A DNA stretch of 64,000 nt from a bacterium (GCA_030649055.1 JAUSGH010000003.1:354-64353), one strand, 5' to 3'. Counted from the stretch's first letter, positions 29,085 to 38,161 are shown. A program made the numbers and translations. The notes: a model not told the origin generated them from the sequence alone.

Positions 29085-30380
29085 TTATGCCTTCCGCACA
29101 ATGTCCGCGCCAAGCAGCCGCAACCTTTCCTCAATCCGTTCATACCCGCGGTCAATTTCTTCAATGCCGGAAATAACCGACTCGCCCGTGGCGGTCAATG
29201 CCGCGATGATGTGCGCGATGCCGCTCCGCAAATCACGCACCGTAACATTCGCCCCGTGAAGCGGCGTCGGCCCGTTGATCACCGCGCTGTGATTAAAACC
29301 TTTGCCATTAAACCGGCACGTCAGTTCACCGAGACACTTGGAAAAAACAGTGATGTACGCGCCCATGGCATTCAAGTCCGCGGTGTAACCAAAACGATCG
29401 TCATACACGGTTTCATGAATAATTGAGGCACCCATCGCCTGCGTCAAAAGCACCGCGAACGGCTGCTGCCAATCGGTCATAAATCCCGGGTGCGGATCGG
29501 TTTCAATTTCGGCGGCTTTAAGTTCGCTGGAGCGCCAAAAACGGATGCCACCATCTTTCACTTCATATTCCCCGCCGACCCTGCGCAACGTACTTAAAAA
29601 TGTACTCAGGTGATCTTGCACCGCTCCGCGCACGAACACGTCACCATCGGTCGCAACCGCAAGGCACGCGAACGACACCGCTTCGTTCCGATCCGGAATC
29701 ACGGCGTGAGTAACGCCGCGGAGTTTTTTGACGCCGTCAATATGAAACGCGCGATTGGCGCCAAGTTCAATGATGGCTCCCATTTTTTGGAGCATCTTCA
29801 CCAGCTCCTTCACCTCCGGCTCACGCGCGGCATTATAAATGCTCGTTCTCCCCTCGGCCAGCACCGCCGCTAATATGATGTTCTCCGTCGCGCCGACCGA
29901 TGGATAGCGCAGCCGGATTTTTGTCCCATGCAAACCGCCTTTCGCCGTAGCAACATAACGCTCCCCCGCAATTTCAATTGAGGCACCCATCGCGCGAAGC
30001 GCCTCAAGGTGAATATCCACCGGCCGCGCGCCGATTTTATCTCCCCCTAAAAACGGGATCTCGGCCTCGCCAACGCGCGCAAGCAAAGGACCAAGCGCAA
30101 GTATCGGAATGCGATTTTTTCTTGAAAGCGAGCCGACGCGAGAGTTTTTAATCTCCGGCGTTTTAATGCGAAGCGTTTTTCCTTCACGCACAATTTCGCT
30201 TCCGATCATGCGACAAAGCTCTTCGGTAATCTCAAGCTCACCGATGTCCGGCACATTGGAAAACACGCATTCCTCGTCGGTAAGAAGCGACGCGATGAGC
30301 ACTTTGCTCGCGCCGTTTTTCGCGCCCGAAAGCGCAATTTCTCCTTTCAATTTTTTCCCGCCGTGGATGATGAATTGCAT
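29085..30380 (-). CDS. murA: UDP-N-acetylglucosamine 1-carboxyvinyltransferase (Cys-to-Asp variant)
   Basis: SGAKN, GGDKIGARPVDIH, SVGATEN, PHPGFMTDWQQ, IDRGYE. Confidence 0.97.
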   Translation of the reverse strand: MQFIIHGGKKLKGEIALSGAKNGASKVLIASLLTDEECVFSNVPDIGELEITEELCRMIGSEIVREGKTLRIKTPEIKNSRVGSLSRKNRIPILALGPLLARVGEAEIPFLGGDKIGARPVDIHLEALRAMGASIEIAGERYVATAKGGLHGTKIRLRYPSVGATENIILAAVLAEGRTSIYNAAREPEVKELVKMLQKMGAIIELGANRAFHIDGVKKLRGVTHAVIPDRNEAVSFACLAVATDGDVFVRGAVQDHLSTFLSTLRRVGGEYEVKDGGIRFWRSSELKAAEIETDPHPGFMTDWQQPFAVLLTQAMGASIIHETVYDDRFGYTADLNAMGAYITVFSKCLGELTCRFNGKGFNHSAVINGPTPLHGANVTVRDLRSGIAHIIAALTATGESVISGIEEIDRGYERIEERLRLLGADIVRKA

Positions 30381-30600
30381 AGCAACGCAATAAAGCAACA
30401 AAGCAATAAAACAATGAATCAAGGCTCCCACTCTTGCTTTCTTGCTTCTTTGTTTTTTTGCTTTTTTAGTTTACGTGGTCATTCGCCGTTCTCCGCCTCC
30501 AGCATACAACGCAAAGGTAAAAAATACCACCCCAGCAATTGTTCTTTTTATTCAACCTCTTTATAATAAAGTCAGCATTGAACTTATAGGAGACGCTCGC

Positions 30601-31104
30601 ATGAGCAAGACGAAAGTCCCGTTCCTTGTCCAGTCGGGCCCGGTGAGAAAAATGATTCTCGCGAGTACAAAGACCGCGACGATTCGCGTTGGCGACCGTG
30701 CGTGTTTGGCGGGCGATGAGCTCGTGCTCTACTGCCACATCGAGCCATGGGTGGTCATGGCGGATGTCGTGAGCGTCCGCCGCTGCAAGCTCTCCGAAGT
30801 GACTCCGCAGGAGTTCAAGGATGAAGGGTATGACGACCCCGCGACCGCGATGGACCAATACATCGCGAACCTCAAGCCGTACCATTCCGGCGTCTGCCCG
30901 GACTCCATCGTCACCGTCATCTACTTCACGAACGTCCGCGGCAAGCTCGTGGACGAATGCAAGGCGGCAGCAGAAGAGAAGAACCTCTGCTCAGAATGTA
31001 GGTCGAACGGTCGCAGCTACGAAACCGCCTTTACCCTGGGCGTACGCGATGGCAAGGTCTACTGCAAGAAGTGCGGCGCCTACGTGCGCATATCCGACCC
31101 CTAG
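30601..31104 (+). CDS. ASCH/PUA-like domain protein with C-terminal Zn ribbon
   Basis: MILASTKTATIRVGDR, ...LSEVTPQEFKDEG; CSEC...CKKC; AGGAG SD. Confidence 0.65.
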   Translation: MSKTKVPFLVQSGPVRKMILASTKTATIRVGDRACLAGDELVLYCHIEPWVVMADVVSVRRCKLSEVTPQEFKDEGYDDPATAMDQYIANLKPYHSGVCPDSIVTVIYFTNVRGKLVDECKAAAEEKNLCSECRSNGRSYETAFTLGVRDGKVYCKKCGAYVRISDP

Positions 31105-31303
31105 CCCTCACGCCAGAATCCCAGCCCCATATCGAGGAAAGCTCGGTATGGGGTCTGTCTTTTAATAAAACCTTTGTAAATGCTGAGTTTTTCATTGCTA
31201 TTGACAGAACTCAAAATATCTGCTATATTGCTATAAGCACTGACTGAACTGGTGTAGCGCAGTCTGCGAATCAAGAGTCAACACGTATGAAGGAGGACTG
31301 GTC

Positions 31304-31909
31304 ATGAAGCACTCCGCTTCGTTGAAGAACGCTGTCGAGATTGCCAGGATCATCACCATCGGACAGCGCAAGCTGGGCATGACTGCCGTCAAGGATTTGT
31401 CGCTGTTCGCGATGCTACCGCTGCTCACCCTCAAGGAGAACGTGAGCGACATCAACACGCTGGATCCCAGGATCAACGAGATCCTGCTCTTCGGTTCTGT
31501 CGCGCGGGGCGAGGGCGAAGTCGGCGACATCGACCTCATGGTTTTCGACGGCGGCTTCTACAGCAACTTCTTCCTGTCACGGGGCGAAGACGAAAAGAAG
31601 GATGCGTACGGCTGCCTCCGCGGGAACCTCGAACTGCTGTTGACCGGATGGTTCGACCTCAACGCCGACGATCCGGATGTCGTGACCGCACTCAAGCATC
31701 CGGTGGATCTCCACGTCCTGCCGATCAGCATTCTCACGAGCCGTGCGAAGCGCGGGGAGGTCGGACGGATGCACAAGGATCCCAAGTTCTTCCAGCACGC
31801 CTTCGCGCACGTCCTGCGATACGACGAGCGGACGAACGCTTTCGTCCGGATCGACATCGCAGATCTCGAGAAGAAGTACAAGCGTGATCTCTCGGATCTG
31901 CGTAGCTAG
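31304..31909 (+). CDS. Pol-beta-superfamily nucleotidyltransferase domain protein
   Basis: ILLFGSVARG...GDIDLMV, third Asp in PVDLHV; TTGACA-N17-TATATT promoter and AAGGAGG SD. Confidence 0.85.
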   Translation: MKHSASLKNAVEIARIITIGQRKLGMTAVKDLSLFAMLPLLTLKENVSDINTLDPRINEILLFGSVARGEGEVGDIDLMVFDGGFYSNFFLSRGEDEKKDAYGCLRGNLELLLTGWFDLNADDPDVVTALKHPVDLHVLPISILTSRAKRGEVGRMHKDPKFFQHAFAHVLRYDERTNAFVRIDIADLEKKYKRDLSDLRS

Positions 31910-32044
31910 CGCACGCGAGAGGGAGCGAGCCGATACCCGTCGGCTCGCTCCCCTCCTCAATTAAGTCCCTAACTCCGTTGGTGGCTTTGAGAGGAAACAA
32001 ATCGCTTGCTCATATCAAAAAGTTTGGTTATAGTACAAAATATC

Positions 32045-32251
32045 ATGACCGTTGTCACAGAAAAAAGATTGCTACGAGAAATGAGTATATTGAAACGCGA
32101 TGTTGCGGCACTCAAAACCGTTATTTTAGCGCAAACAAAAGATCCCGAGGGTGAGTATCGCGCAAGTTTCGTGAAAGAGGTATTGAAAGCCGCGAAAGGG
32201 AAAGCGCGCCATGTCTACGACCCAAAAACCTTCCTGAAATTGATTTCGTAG
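32045..32251 (+). CDS. Putative antitoxin
   Basis: Small ORF (DPEGEYRASFVKEVLKA) directly upstream of a RelE-type toxin. Confidence 0.7.
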   Translation: MTVVTEKRLLREMSILKRDVAALKTVILAQTKDPEGEYRASFVKEVLKAAKGKARHVYDPKTFLKLIS

Positions 32252-32269
32252 GGCACGGATTTTCCGCGA

Positions 32270-32533
32270 ATGTATACACTTCTTCTGAGAGATAGCTTTG
32301 TCGCATCGGCAAAGCGGCTTGATATAAAGACGAAAGTACGGCTCAACGCCAAACTGCGTGAGCTCACCAGCGACCCTTTTCACCCGACGCTACACACAAA
32401 ACCGCTGCATGGAAAGTTTGCCGACTTCCACTCGTTCCGCATCGGCCGCGACCACAGAGTCATTTTTCAATTTTTGTCGAACACTACCATTGCGCTCATC
32501 GATGTCGCACGCAGGGATAAGGTCTATCAATAA
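32270..32533 (+). CDS. RelE/ParE/YafQ-family mRNA interferase toxin
   Basis: DPFHPTLHTKPLHG, HSFRIGRDHRVIF, DVARRDKVY. Confidence 0.9.
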   Translation: MYTLLLRDSFVASAKRLDIKTKVRLNAKLRELTSDPFHPTLHTKPLHGKFADFHSFRIGRDHRVIFQFLSNTTIALIDVARRDKVYQ

Positions 32534-32687
32534 GCTGCGCTTGCATTCTTTTGACGGCTTTGCTACAGTATAAATAACGTTAAGTCCTCCTCGTATCTTT
32601 GACCTGCAAATGGCACGTTTCTTCCTGACTTCTCTGCGCCAATAAATGGGACAAATTCCCGGTTGTTTCTATTAAGTTTGTAGAATT

Positions 32688-32770
32688 GCCGAGGTGGCGA
32701 AATGGCAGACGCACTGGCTTCAGGTGCCAGCGATCGCAAGGTCATGGGGGTTCGACTCCCCCCCTCGGCA
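32688..32770 (+). tRNA. tRNA-Leu(CAG)
   Basis: Acceptor GCCGAGG/CCTCGGC, anticodon arm CTGGC-TTCAGGT-GCCAG, long variable arm, GGGGG-TTCGACT-CCCCC. Confidence 0.97.
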
Positions 32771-32949
32771 CAGAGTTACTCACAAATTAACAAATGCGCA
32801 GGAAAAAATAATTAACCAACGTCAAACAGGTCGGGAGTCGAACGGGAAAGGGGTCGGGGAAACGGGAGTTTCCCCGTGGCGGAAATACTAAAACCGATGG
32901 GTTTTAGAGCGCAGCGAAGCGAGCAGTGAGATTCCCCCCCCTCGGCACA
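32771..32949 (+). mobile_element. Empty tRNA-Leu-targeted mini-element
   Basis: Inverted T-arm copy plus GGGAAAGGGG (32833-32853); GCGAGCAGTGAGATT plus direct copy of the tRNA 3' end (32919-32949). Confidence 0.75.
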
Positions 32950-33016
32950 ACAATAAAAAACATTACAAACTTATTCGCATTATTAAAATTAAATTCGCAT
33001 TATTCGCGATTACTCC

Positions 33017-34798
33017 ATGATCAGAAACCCAAACCAAATTAAACGTCAGCAGTCCAAATTCTCCGGTGTCGTCCGGGCGCACGATTTTCACACGCATCGC
33101 GCCGCGGCGGCAAAAATCGCGCCGGTCGCGGGCGCCGAAGACGTCCTTCGCATCGCGCCACTCGGCGGCCTTGAAGAAATCGGCCGCAACTCCATGTTCC
33201 TTGAGTACAAAAACGAAATCGTCATCATTGACATGGGTATTCAATTTCCGGAAGAAGCAACTCCGGGCATTGACTACATTTTGCCGAACGTCTCGTATCT
33301 GGAAAAAAAGAAACAAAACATCAAAGCCGTCATCATCACGCACGGTCACTATGACCACATCGGCGCCATCCCCTACCTGATGGATAAGCTCGGCAATCCG
33401 CCGATCTACACGACCGCGCTCACAAAAGAAATCATCTCGAAGCGCCAAGAGGAGTTTCCGAACGCGCCACGGCTGCGCTTTGTCATCGTGAAAGGTGAAG
33501 ACAAAACCGTCATCTCGCGCTACTTCTCCGCGGAATTTTTCGGCGTGGATCACACCATTCCGGACACCACCGGCGTACTCTTGAAAACTCCGGCGGGGAA
33601 TATCGCGAACTGCGCGGACTTCCGCATCAACTACGACGCCGTGGGCGGACCGCTTTCACTCGGCGAGTTTGAACGCATCGGAAAACTGGGCGTGGACGTC
33701 CTCATGTTGGACAGTACCAACGCCGACGAAGAAGGCCGCTCCGTTTCCGAACGCGAAGTGGAAAAGAATATTGAGAAGTTGTTTAAGAGCACACAAGGCC
33801 GCATCATCCTCGCGACATTTTCCTCCATGCTTACCCGCATCGCGGAAATCTTAAAAATCGCCGAGAAAGTCGGTCGCCATGTGGCGATCAGCGGCTTCTC
33901 TATGAAGTCCAACATCCAAATCGCCCAAAATCTAGGCTACATCAAAGTGAAGAAAGGGCTTATCATTCCGCTTGAAGAAATACACAAGCACAAAGATGAC
34001 AAAATTCTCGTACTCTCTACCGGCGCGCAGGGCGAGTCCAACGCCTCGCTCATGAAAATTGTGACGGGCGAAAACCGCTTCGTGCGCATCAAGCCGGGCG
34101 ACATGGTGATTTTCTCCTCATCCGTCATTCCGGGAAACGAACGGAGCGTCCAAACCCTGAAGGACAACCTCTCACGGCAGGGCGCGAAAGTGTTCACGTC
34201 AAAAATCATGGACATCCATTCTTCCGGACACGCGCCGCAGGAAGAACTGAAGGACGTCATCCGCGCGATGAAGCCGAAATATCTCATGCCGATTCACGGC
34301 TACTATTATATGCGCTCGGTTTCGGCCGAGTTGGGACAAAGCGTGGGACTCAAAAAAGAGCAGACCATCGTCATTGATAACGGCGAAGTGTTGGAGCTCG
34401 GTAAAAAAGGATTGCGCGTTTCAGGAGAACGCGTGGACACCTTCTACGTGATGGTGGACGGGCTCGGCGTCGGCGACGTGGAAGAAGTGGTGCTCCGCGA
34501 CCGGAAAATCCTGTCACAGGAAGGCATGGTCGTCATCATCATGACGATGGCGAAAGAAGGCAACCGGATGGTCAAAAATCCGGACATCATTTCGCGCGGC
34601 TTCATCTACCTTAAAGAAAATCAGACAATGCTTGAAGAAATCCGGAAGCGCTTGCGCAACATCACGAGCCGCATCCCCTCCGACCACGCCATTGACCCGG
34701 AATACCTGAAGGGCATGATCCGCGACCAGATCGGCCAATACCTCTACACCAAAACCAAGCGCCGCCCGATGGTGCTGCCGGTGATTATTGAAATCTAG
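33017..34798 (+). CDS. rnj: Ribonuclease J
   Basis: PLGGLEEIGRN, THGHYDHIG, STGAQGE, IHSSGHA, RRPMVLPVI. Confidence 0.97.
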   Translation: MIRNPNQIKRQQSKFSGVVRAHDFHTHRAAAAKIAPVAGAEDVLRIAPLGGLEEIGRNSMFLEYKNEIVIIDMGIQFPEEATPGIDYILPNVSYLEKKKQNIKAVIITHGHYDHIGAIPYLMDKLGNPPIYTTALTKEIISKRQEEFPNAPRLRFVIVKGEDKTVISRYFSAEFFGVDHTIPDTTGVLLKTPAGNIANCADFRINYDAVGGPLSLGEFERIGKLGVDVLMLDSTNADEEGRSVSEREVEKNIEKLFKSTQGRIILATFSSMLTRIAEILKIAEKVGRHVAISGFSMKSNIQIAQNLGYIKVKKGLIIPLEEIHKHKDDKILVLSTGAQGESNASLMKIVTGENRFVRIKPGDMVIFSSSVIPGNERSVQTLKDNLSRQGAKVFTSKIMDIHSSGHAPQEELKDVIRAMKPKYLMPIHGYYYMRSVSAELGQSVGLKKEQTIVIDNGEVLELGKKGLRVSGERVDTFYVMVDGLGVGDVEEVVLRDRKILSQEGMVVIIMTMAKEGNRMVKNPDIISRGFIYLKENQTMLEEIRKRLRNITSRIPSDHAIDPEYLKGMIRDQIGQYLYTKTKRRPMVLPVIIEI

Positions 34799-34801
34799 GT
34801 T

Positions 34802-34828
34802 GTCATTGCGAGCGAAGCGTGGCAATCT
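34802..34828 (+). repeat. REP-like unit GTCATTGCGAGCGAAGCGTGGCAATCT
   Basis: GTCAT...AATCT family; relatives at ~17149-17174 and 61368-61441. Confidence 0.7.
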
Positions 34829-34840
34829 TACAATAACGTT

Positions 34841-35827
34841 ATGACCAAGCCCATCTTAATCTCCGGGATTCAGCCGAGCGGAAAACTCCACCTCGGAAAT
34901 TACCTCGGCGCCCTCAAGAACTTCGTTGAGCTGCAAGCCTCCGGCAAATACAACTGCTTATTCTTTATTGCCGACCTGCACTCACTCACAGAAACCTACG
35001 ATCCGGAGATGAAACCCGAACAGATTCTTGACCTCGCGGCGAGCTATCTTGCGTTGGGCATAGACCCTAGAAAATCAACGGTCTTTGTCCAATCGCAGGT
35101 GCCACAGTCAACCGAGCTTGCGTGGATTTTGGGAACACTCACGCCGTTCGGCGAATTGCGCCGGATGACACAATTCAAGGACAAGGCGGAATCACAGGAA
35201 GAAAACGTGAACGTCGGCCTCTTCACCTACCCCGTGCTGATGGCGGCGGATATTTTGCTCTACAACGCCGCATTCGTCCCCGTGGGCGAAGACCAACTCC
35301 AGCACTTGGAACTCACGCGCACCCTGGCACGGAAATTCAACAGCCGCTATGGCGAAACATTTATGGAACCAAAACCGCTCATGACTTCTGTCCCCCGCTT
35401 GATGAGCTTGAGTGACCCGACAAAGAAAATGTCCAAGTCACAGCCGGACGGCTGCCTTTTCATTGACGATGAACCTGCGACAATTGAAGTAAAACTGAAG
35501 CGCGCAGTGACAGACTCCGGAAGCGAGGTGAAGTATGACGAGCAAAACAAACCGGGTGTTTCAAATCTCTTGCGCATCATGAACGCGCTCTCGGGAAAAT
35601 CCGTTCCCGAGCTTGTTAAGGCGTTCGCCGGAGAAAACTACAGTGAATTCAAACACGCGCTTGCCGATCTTGTCAGCGACCACTTCGTGGCGTACCGCAA
35701 AAAGTACGCAGCACTCATCAAGAACCCTGCGCCGATAAAACGCGCCCTCGCCGCCGGCCAGAAGAAAGCCGCGAAACTCGCCACCACGAAACTCGCTGAA
35801 GTGAAAAAGAAAATCGGCCTCGTTTAG
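34841..35827 (+). CDS. trpS: Tryptophan--tRNA ligase
   Basis: SGIQPSGKLHLGNYLGA, YPVLMAADIL, VPVGEDQLQH, KMSKS. Confidence 0.98.
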   Translation: MTKPILISGIQPSGKLHLGNYLGALKNFVELQASGKYNCLFFIADLHSLTETYDPEMKPEQILDLAASYLALGIDPRKSTVFVQSQVPQSTELAWILGTLTPFGELRRMTQFKDKAESQEENVNVGLFTYPVLMAADILLYNAAFVPVGEDQLQHLELTRTLARKFNSRYGETFMEPKPLMTSVPRLMSLSDPTKKMSKSQPDGCLFIDDEPATIEVKLKRAVTDSGSEVKYDEQNKPGVSNLLRIMNALSGKSVPELVKAFAGENYSEFKHALADLVSDHFVAYRKKYAALIKNPAPIKRALAAGQKKAAKLATTKLAEVKKKIGLV

Positions 35828-35868
35828 TTCCTGAGCTTGTCGAAGGACTACCTTATCCCAAGCCGCGC

Positions 35869-35898
35869 TTGACACACGCGAGCCGGCTTTGTTAAAGT
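35869..35898 (+). promoter_or_regulatory. Sigma70 promoter for the ncRNA candidate
   Basis: TTGACA (35869-35874), 18-nt spacer, TG-n-TAAAGT (35890-35898). Confidence 0.75.
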
Positions 35899-35906
35899 TT
35901 TTTTAC

Positions 35907-36300
35907 GTGGGGTTGGTAAGGAGGAAAGCGAAAAGCGACTCCCTGGAGCGAGCAGCACTTCGGTGCAAGCCAGCGAACGGGATCAACCTAAAACCCCATG
36001 TCATCCGGAAACGGGTGTAGTGGGGGGACGGAGGGACTCGCAATGCAGCGCAAGCTGCGAGGAGTTACAAAGCTCGATGGTTGGGAGGTAGCGAACCCAA
36101 TCTGTACAGCCTCCTCTTGCATGCTCCCAAGTAGGACCAAATTACTCCACCCAGCTTCTGGCGCAAGTCGGGAACGGACGGAGCGTACGGTCCGAATCCG
36201 GGCGATCTCTCTGCGATAAGAACATTCCTTTAAGGTCCCGCAGGACTGGAGAGGGATTTCTGCAAAGTTATCGTCCAAGGCTAAGCCGAGCCAACCCCAC
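35907..36300 (+). ncRNA. Unassigned ~394-nt structured non-coding RNA
   Basis: Closing helix GTGGGGTTGG/CCAACCCCAC; C(UUCG)G, GAAA and two GCAA tetraloop hairpins; promoter upstream, terminator downstream, no credible ORF. Confidence 0.75.
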
Positions 36301-36314
36301 TTTTTCCCGCGATC

Positions 36315-36354
36315 AAGGAGCAGTCCGACATTCGGCTGCTCCTTTGTCATTTTC
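36315..36354 (+). terminator. Terminator hairpin, repeated at ~37011-37047
   Basis: AAGGAGCAG...CTGCTCCTT-TGTCATTTTC; same AAGGAG...CTCCTTTGTCATTTTCA frame after the next gene. Confidence 0.7.
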
Positions 36355-36527
36355 AACGCACAACAACCAGATCGCCGCCCCCTTATTCGCTCATTCGCGC
36401 GCCTGCCCGCCTCTGGAGGGAATGAGCGAATAAGTAACGAAACGGCTTGCAAACGCCGCTCGCATCCTCTACCGTAGAATGCAGTGGAGTTATGTGTTTT
36501 TGTCCTTCGGGACAGAAAGAGGATGCC

Positions 36528-36989
36528 GTGAAGAAGTCGGATTGGGTTCTCCTCGTCGCTGGAATCGCATTTCTTGCGCTACTGATTCCGCCTCTGGTCA
36601 GACAAACAAATGCGACTCGGGAAAAGGTGCAAGCCTACGACGCACTGATGGCGCAGGCGTCCAGCGGAGCTCCTCCCGACGCGATACTTGCCGTGGCATA
36701 CGAAGAGCTGAACCGCGGCATGACCGAAGACCAAGTGCGGAAAGCTGTAGAGAAGCGCATCAAGAGCTGGGTGGTGAGCAGCAGCCGCACGAAACCGCCC
36801 GACAACGTAGAGGCTGAAGTGCGGCTCATATGGCGCCGATACGGGGAACACGCGCAGAAGAACCATTCCTGTGAAGAACTCAACGTCGATCTCGGTGCCG
36901 ACGGATTGGTAACACCAGGGGGCGTTATCTACGTTGGCAATTACACGCTCAACGGAAAGAGTAAGCCCCAACTCTGGAAACAGAAGTAG
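36528..36989 (+). CDS. Membrane-anchored SmpA/OmlA-BLIP-like domain protein (array gene 1)
   Basis: N-terminal TM, ELNRGMTEDQV, LNVDLGADGLV; GTG start after AGAGG. Confidence 0.7.
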   Translation: MKKSDWVLLVAGIAFLALLIPPLVRQTNATREKVQAYDALMAQASSGAPPDAILAVAYEELNRGMTEDQVRKAVEKRIKSWVVSSSRTKPPDNVEAEVRLIWRRYGEHAQKNHSCEELNVDLGADGLVTPGGVIYVGNYTLNGKSKPQLWKQK

Positions 36990-37187
36990 TCCTGCGCGCA
37001 CGATCGTAACAAGGAGCCCCGCCCTGCGGGACTCCTTTGTCATTTTCAGCGCGCATCCCTTATGCTGGTGTTCTTGAGAACACCAGCATAAGGGATGCAT
37101 CCTCACTATGTACAAACACACCGCGTTCGTATATAATATAAAGCGTTCGTGTAGGTTTTTGTTGGTTCCCTGTTGAGGAGGACTCGC

Positions 37188-38012
37188 ATGAGTCGCACCC
37201 TGTACCTCGTCGCGATGTGCGCCTTGGCGCTCGTCGTGGTGGCCCAGTTTGTGATGGCCGACGAGGAGACCGCGACCTGCAAGACCAAGGTCGTGCCGAG
37301 CACGTCGTACGTCCCGCCCGAGAACGGGGTGACGAATCTCTACGGAGCAATGACGCCCAACGGCACCTCTCCCGACATGACGAAGGAGGAGCTCATTGCG
37401 CTCGCGGAGAAGAACTTCGCGGGCGAGCCGGAGAAAACATCTCGCGTCATGGACGACGGCGCCCATGAGTACTGGACGTACATCTGGAACGCGAAGGGAC
37501 GGGAAGACGAATGCCACGTCACACTCGTCGTGACGCTCGTGAAGGACAAGGACGAGGTGTACAAGGTGCGCGGCACCATGTACACGGCACAAGGGAACAA
37601 GCAGGGCCACTCGGTGAGCGACGGGCTACCCGTCCCGCCCGCGAAGGATGGTGAGTCGAAGATGAACGAACCCGAGAACCCGTGTCATCAGGCCTTCGCC
37701 GACATCAAGCTCGGCATGACCGCGGACGAGCTGGACGCGCTCTACCAGAAGTACGTTCTGGAGGGCGGCCATCACCCGATCATGGCAAGCACCGAGAAGA
37801 AAGTCTGGAAAGGAAGGTGCGGCAACGACAAGGAGAGCGGTGAGGTCTGGGAGACACACTGGCAGGAATGTGGCGAGCTCAGGCCGTTCCCCTACGGTCC
37901 CCCAATCTGGATGGCGGACCTCACGGTTCACCTCTGGGATGGTAAGGTCGTGGACGCCACCTACAAGCCGATGCAGGTGCGCGTGGAAATGAAGGATGAG
38001 CACTGGAAGTAG
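37188..38012 (+). CDS. Secreted protein with two SmpA/OmlA-BLIP-like repeats (array gene 2)
   Basis: Signal peptide; SPDMTKEEL and IKLGMTADEL; LTVHLWDGKVVD; GAGGAGG SD. Confidence 0.75.
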   Translation: MSRTLYLVAMCALALVVVAQFVMADEETATCKTKVVPSTSYVPPENGVTNLYGAMTPNGTSPDMTKEELIALAEKNFAGEPEKTSRVMDDGAHEYWTYIWNAKGREDECHVTLVVTLVKDKDEVYKVRGTMYTAQGNKQGHSVSDGLPVPPAKDGESKMNEPENPCHQAFADIKLGMTADELDALYQKYVLEGGHHPIMASTEKKVWKGRCGNDKESGEVWETHWQECGELRPFPYGPPIWMADLTVHLWDGKVVDATYKPMQVRVEMKDEHWK

Positions 38013-38025
38013 CGGCAACGCATAC

Positions 38026-38066
38026 AGCCCGGGAGGTTATGAACCTCCCGGGCTGTTCACTTTTTT
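38026..38066 (+). repeat. Array spacer hairpin copy 1 (others at ~38858-38899, 39468-39510, 40177-40214)
   Basis: ACAGCCCGGGAGG-loop-CCTCCCGGGCTGT-TCACTTTTT, conserved in four copies. Confidence 0.9.
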
Positions 38067-38161
38067 ACAACAGCAAGACGTCTTGTTAAAGCCGCGTAGG
38101 GATGCTACAGTGTAGCCAGCTTGTGACAGGAAATTCGAACGTCTTTTGTAGGAGGCACGAG

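Noticed and set aside
35907-36300. RNase P RNA as the identity of the ncRNA (GAGGAAAG near the 5' end, similar length)
   Set aside because: GAGGAAAG is not followed by UCC, there is no room for P2/P3 before it, and no ACAGAA...GGCUUA is present at the 3' end. A covariance search is still needed to exclude a very divergent form.
36579-37610. 343-aa minus-strand ORF and other long antisense ORFs (e.g. 21022-21906, 48464-49216)
   Set aside because: Shadows of GC3-rich sense genes; they cross terminators or overlap well-supported genes and show no motifs.
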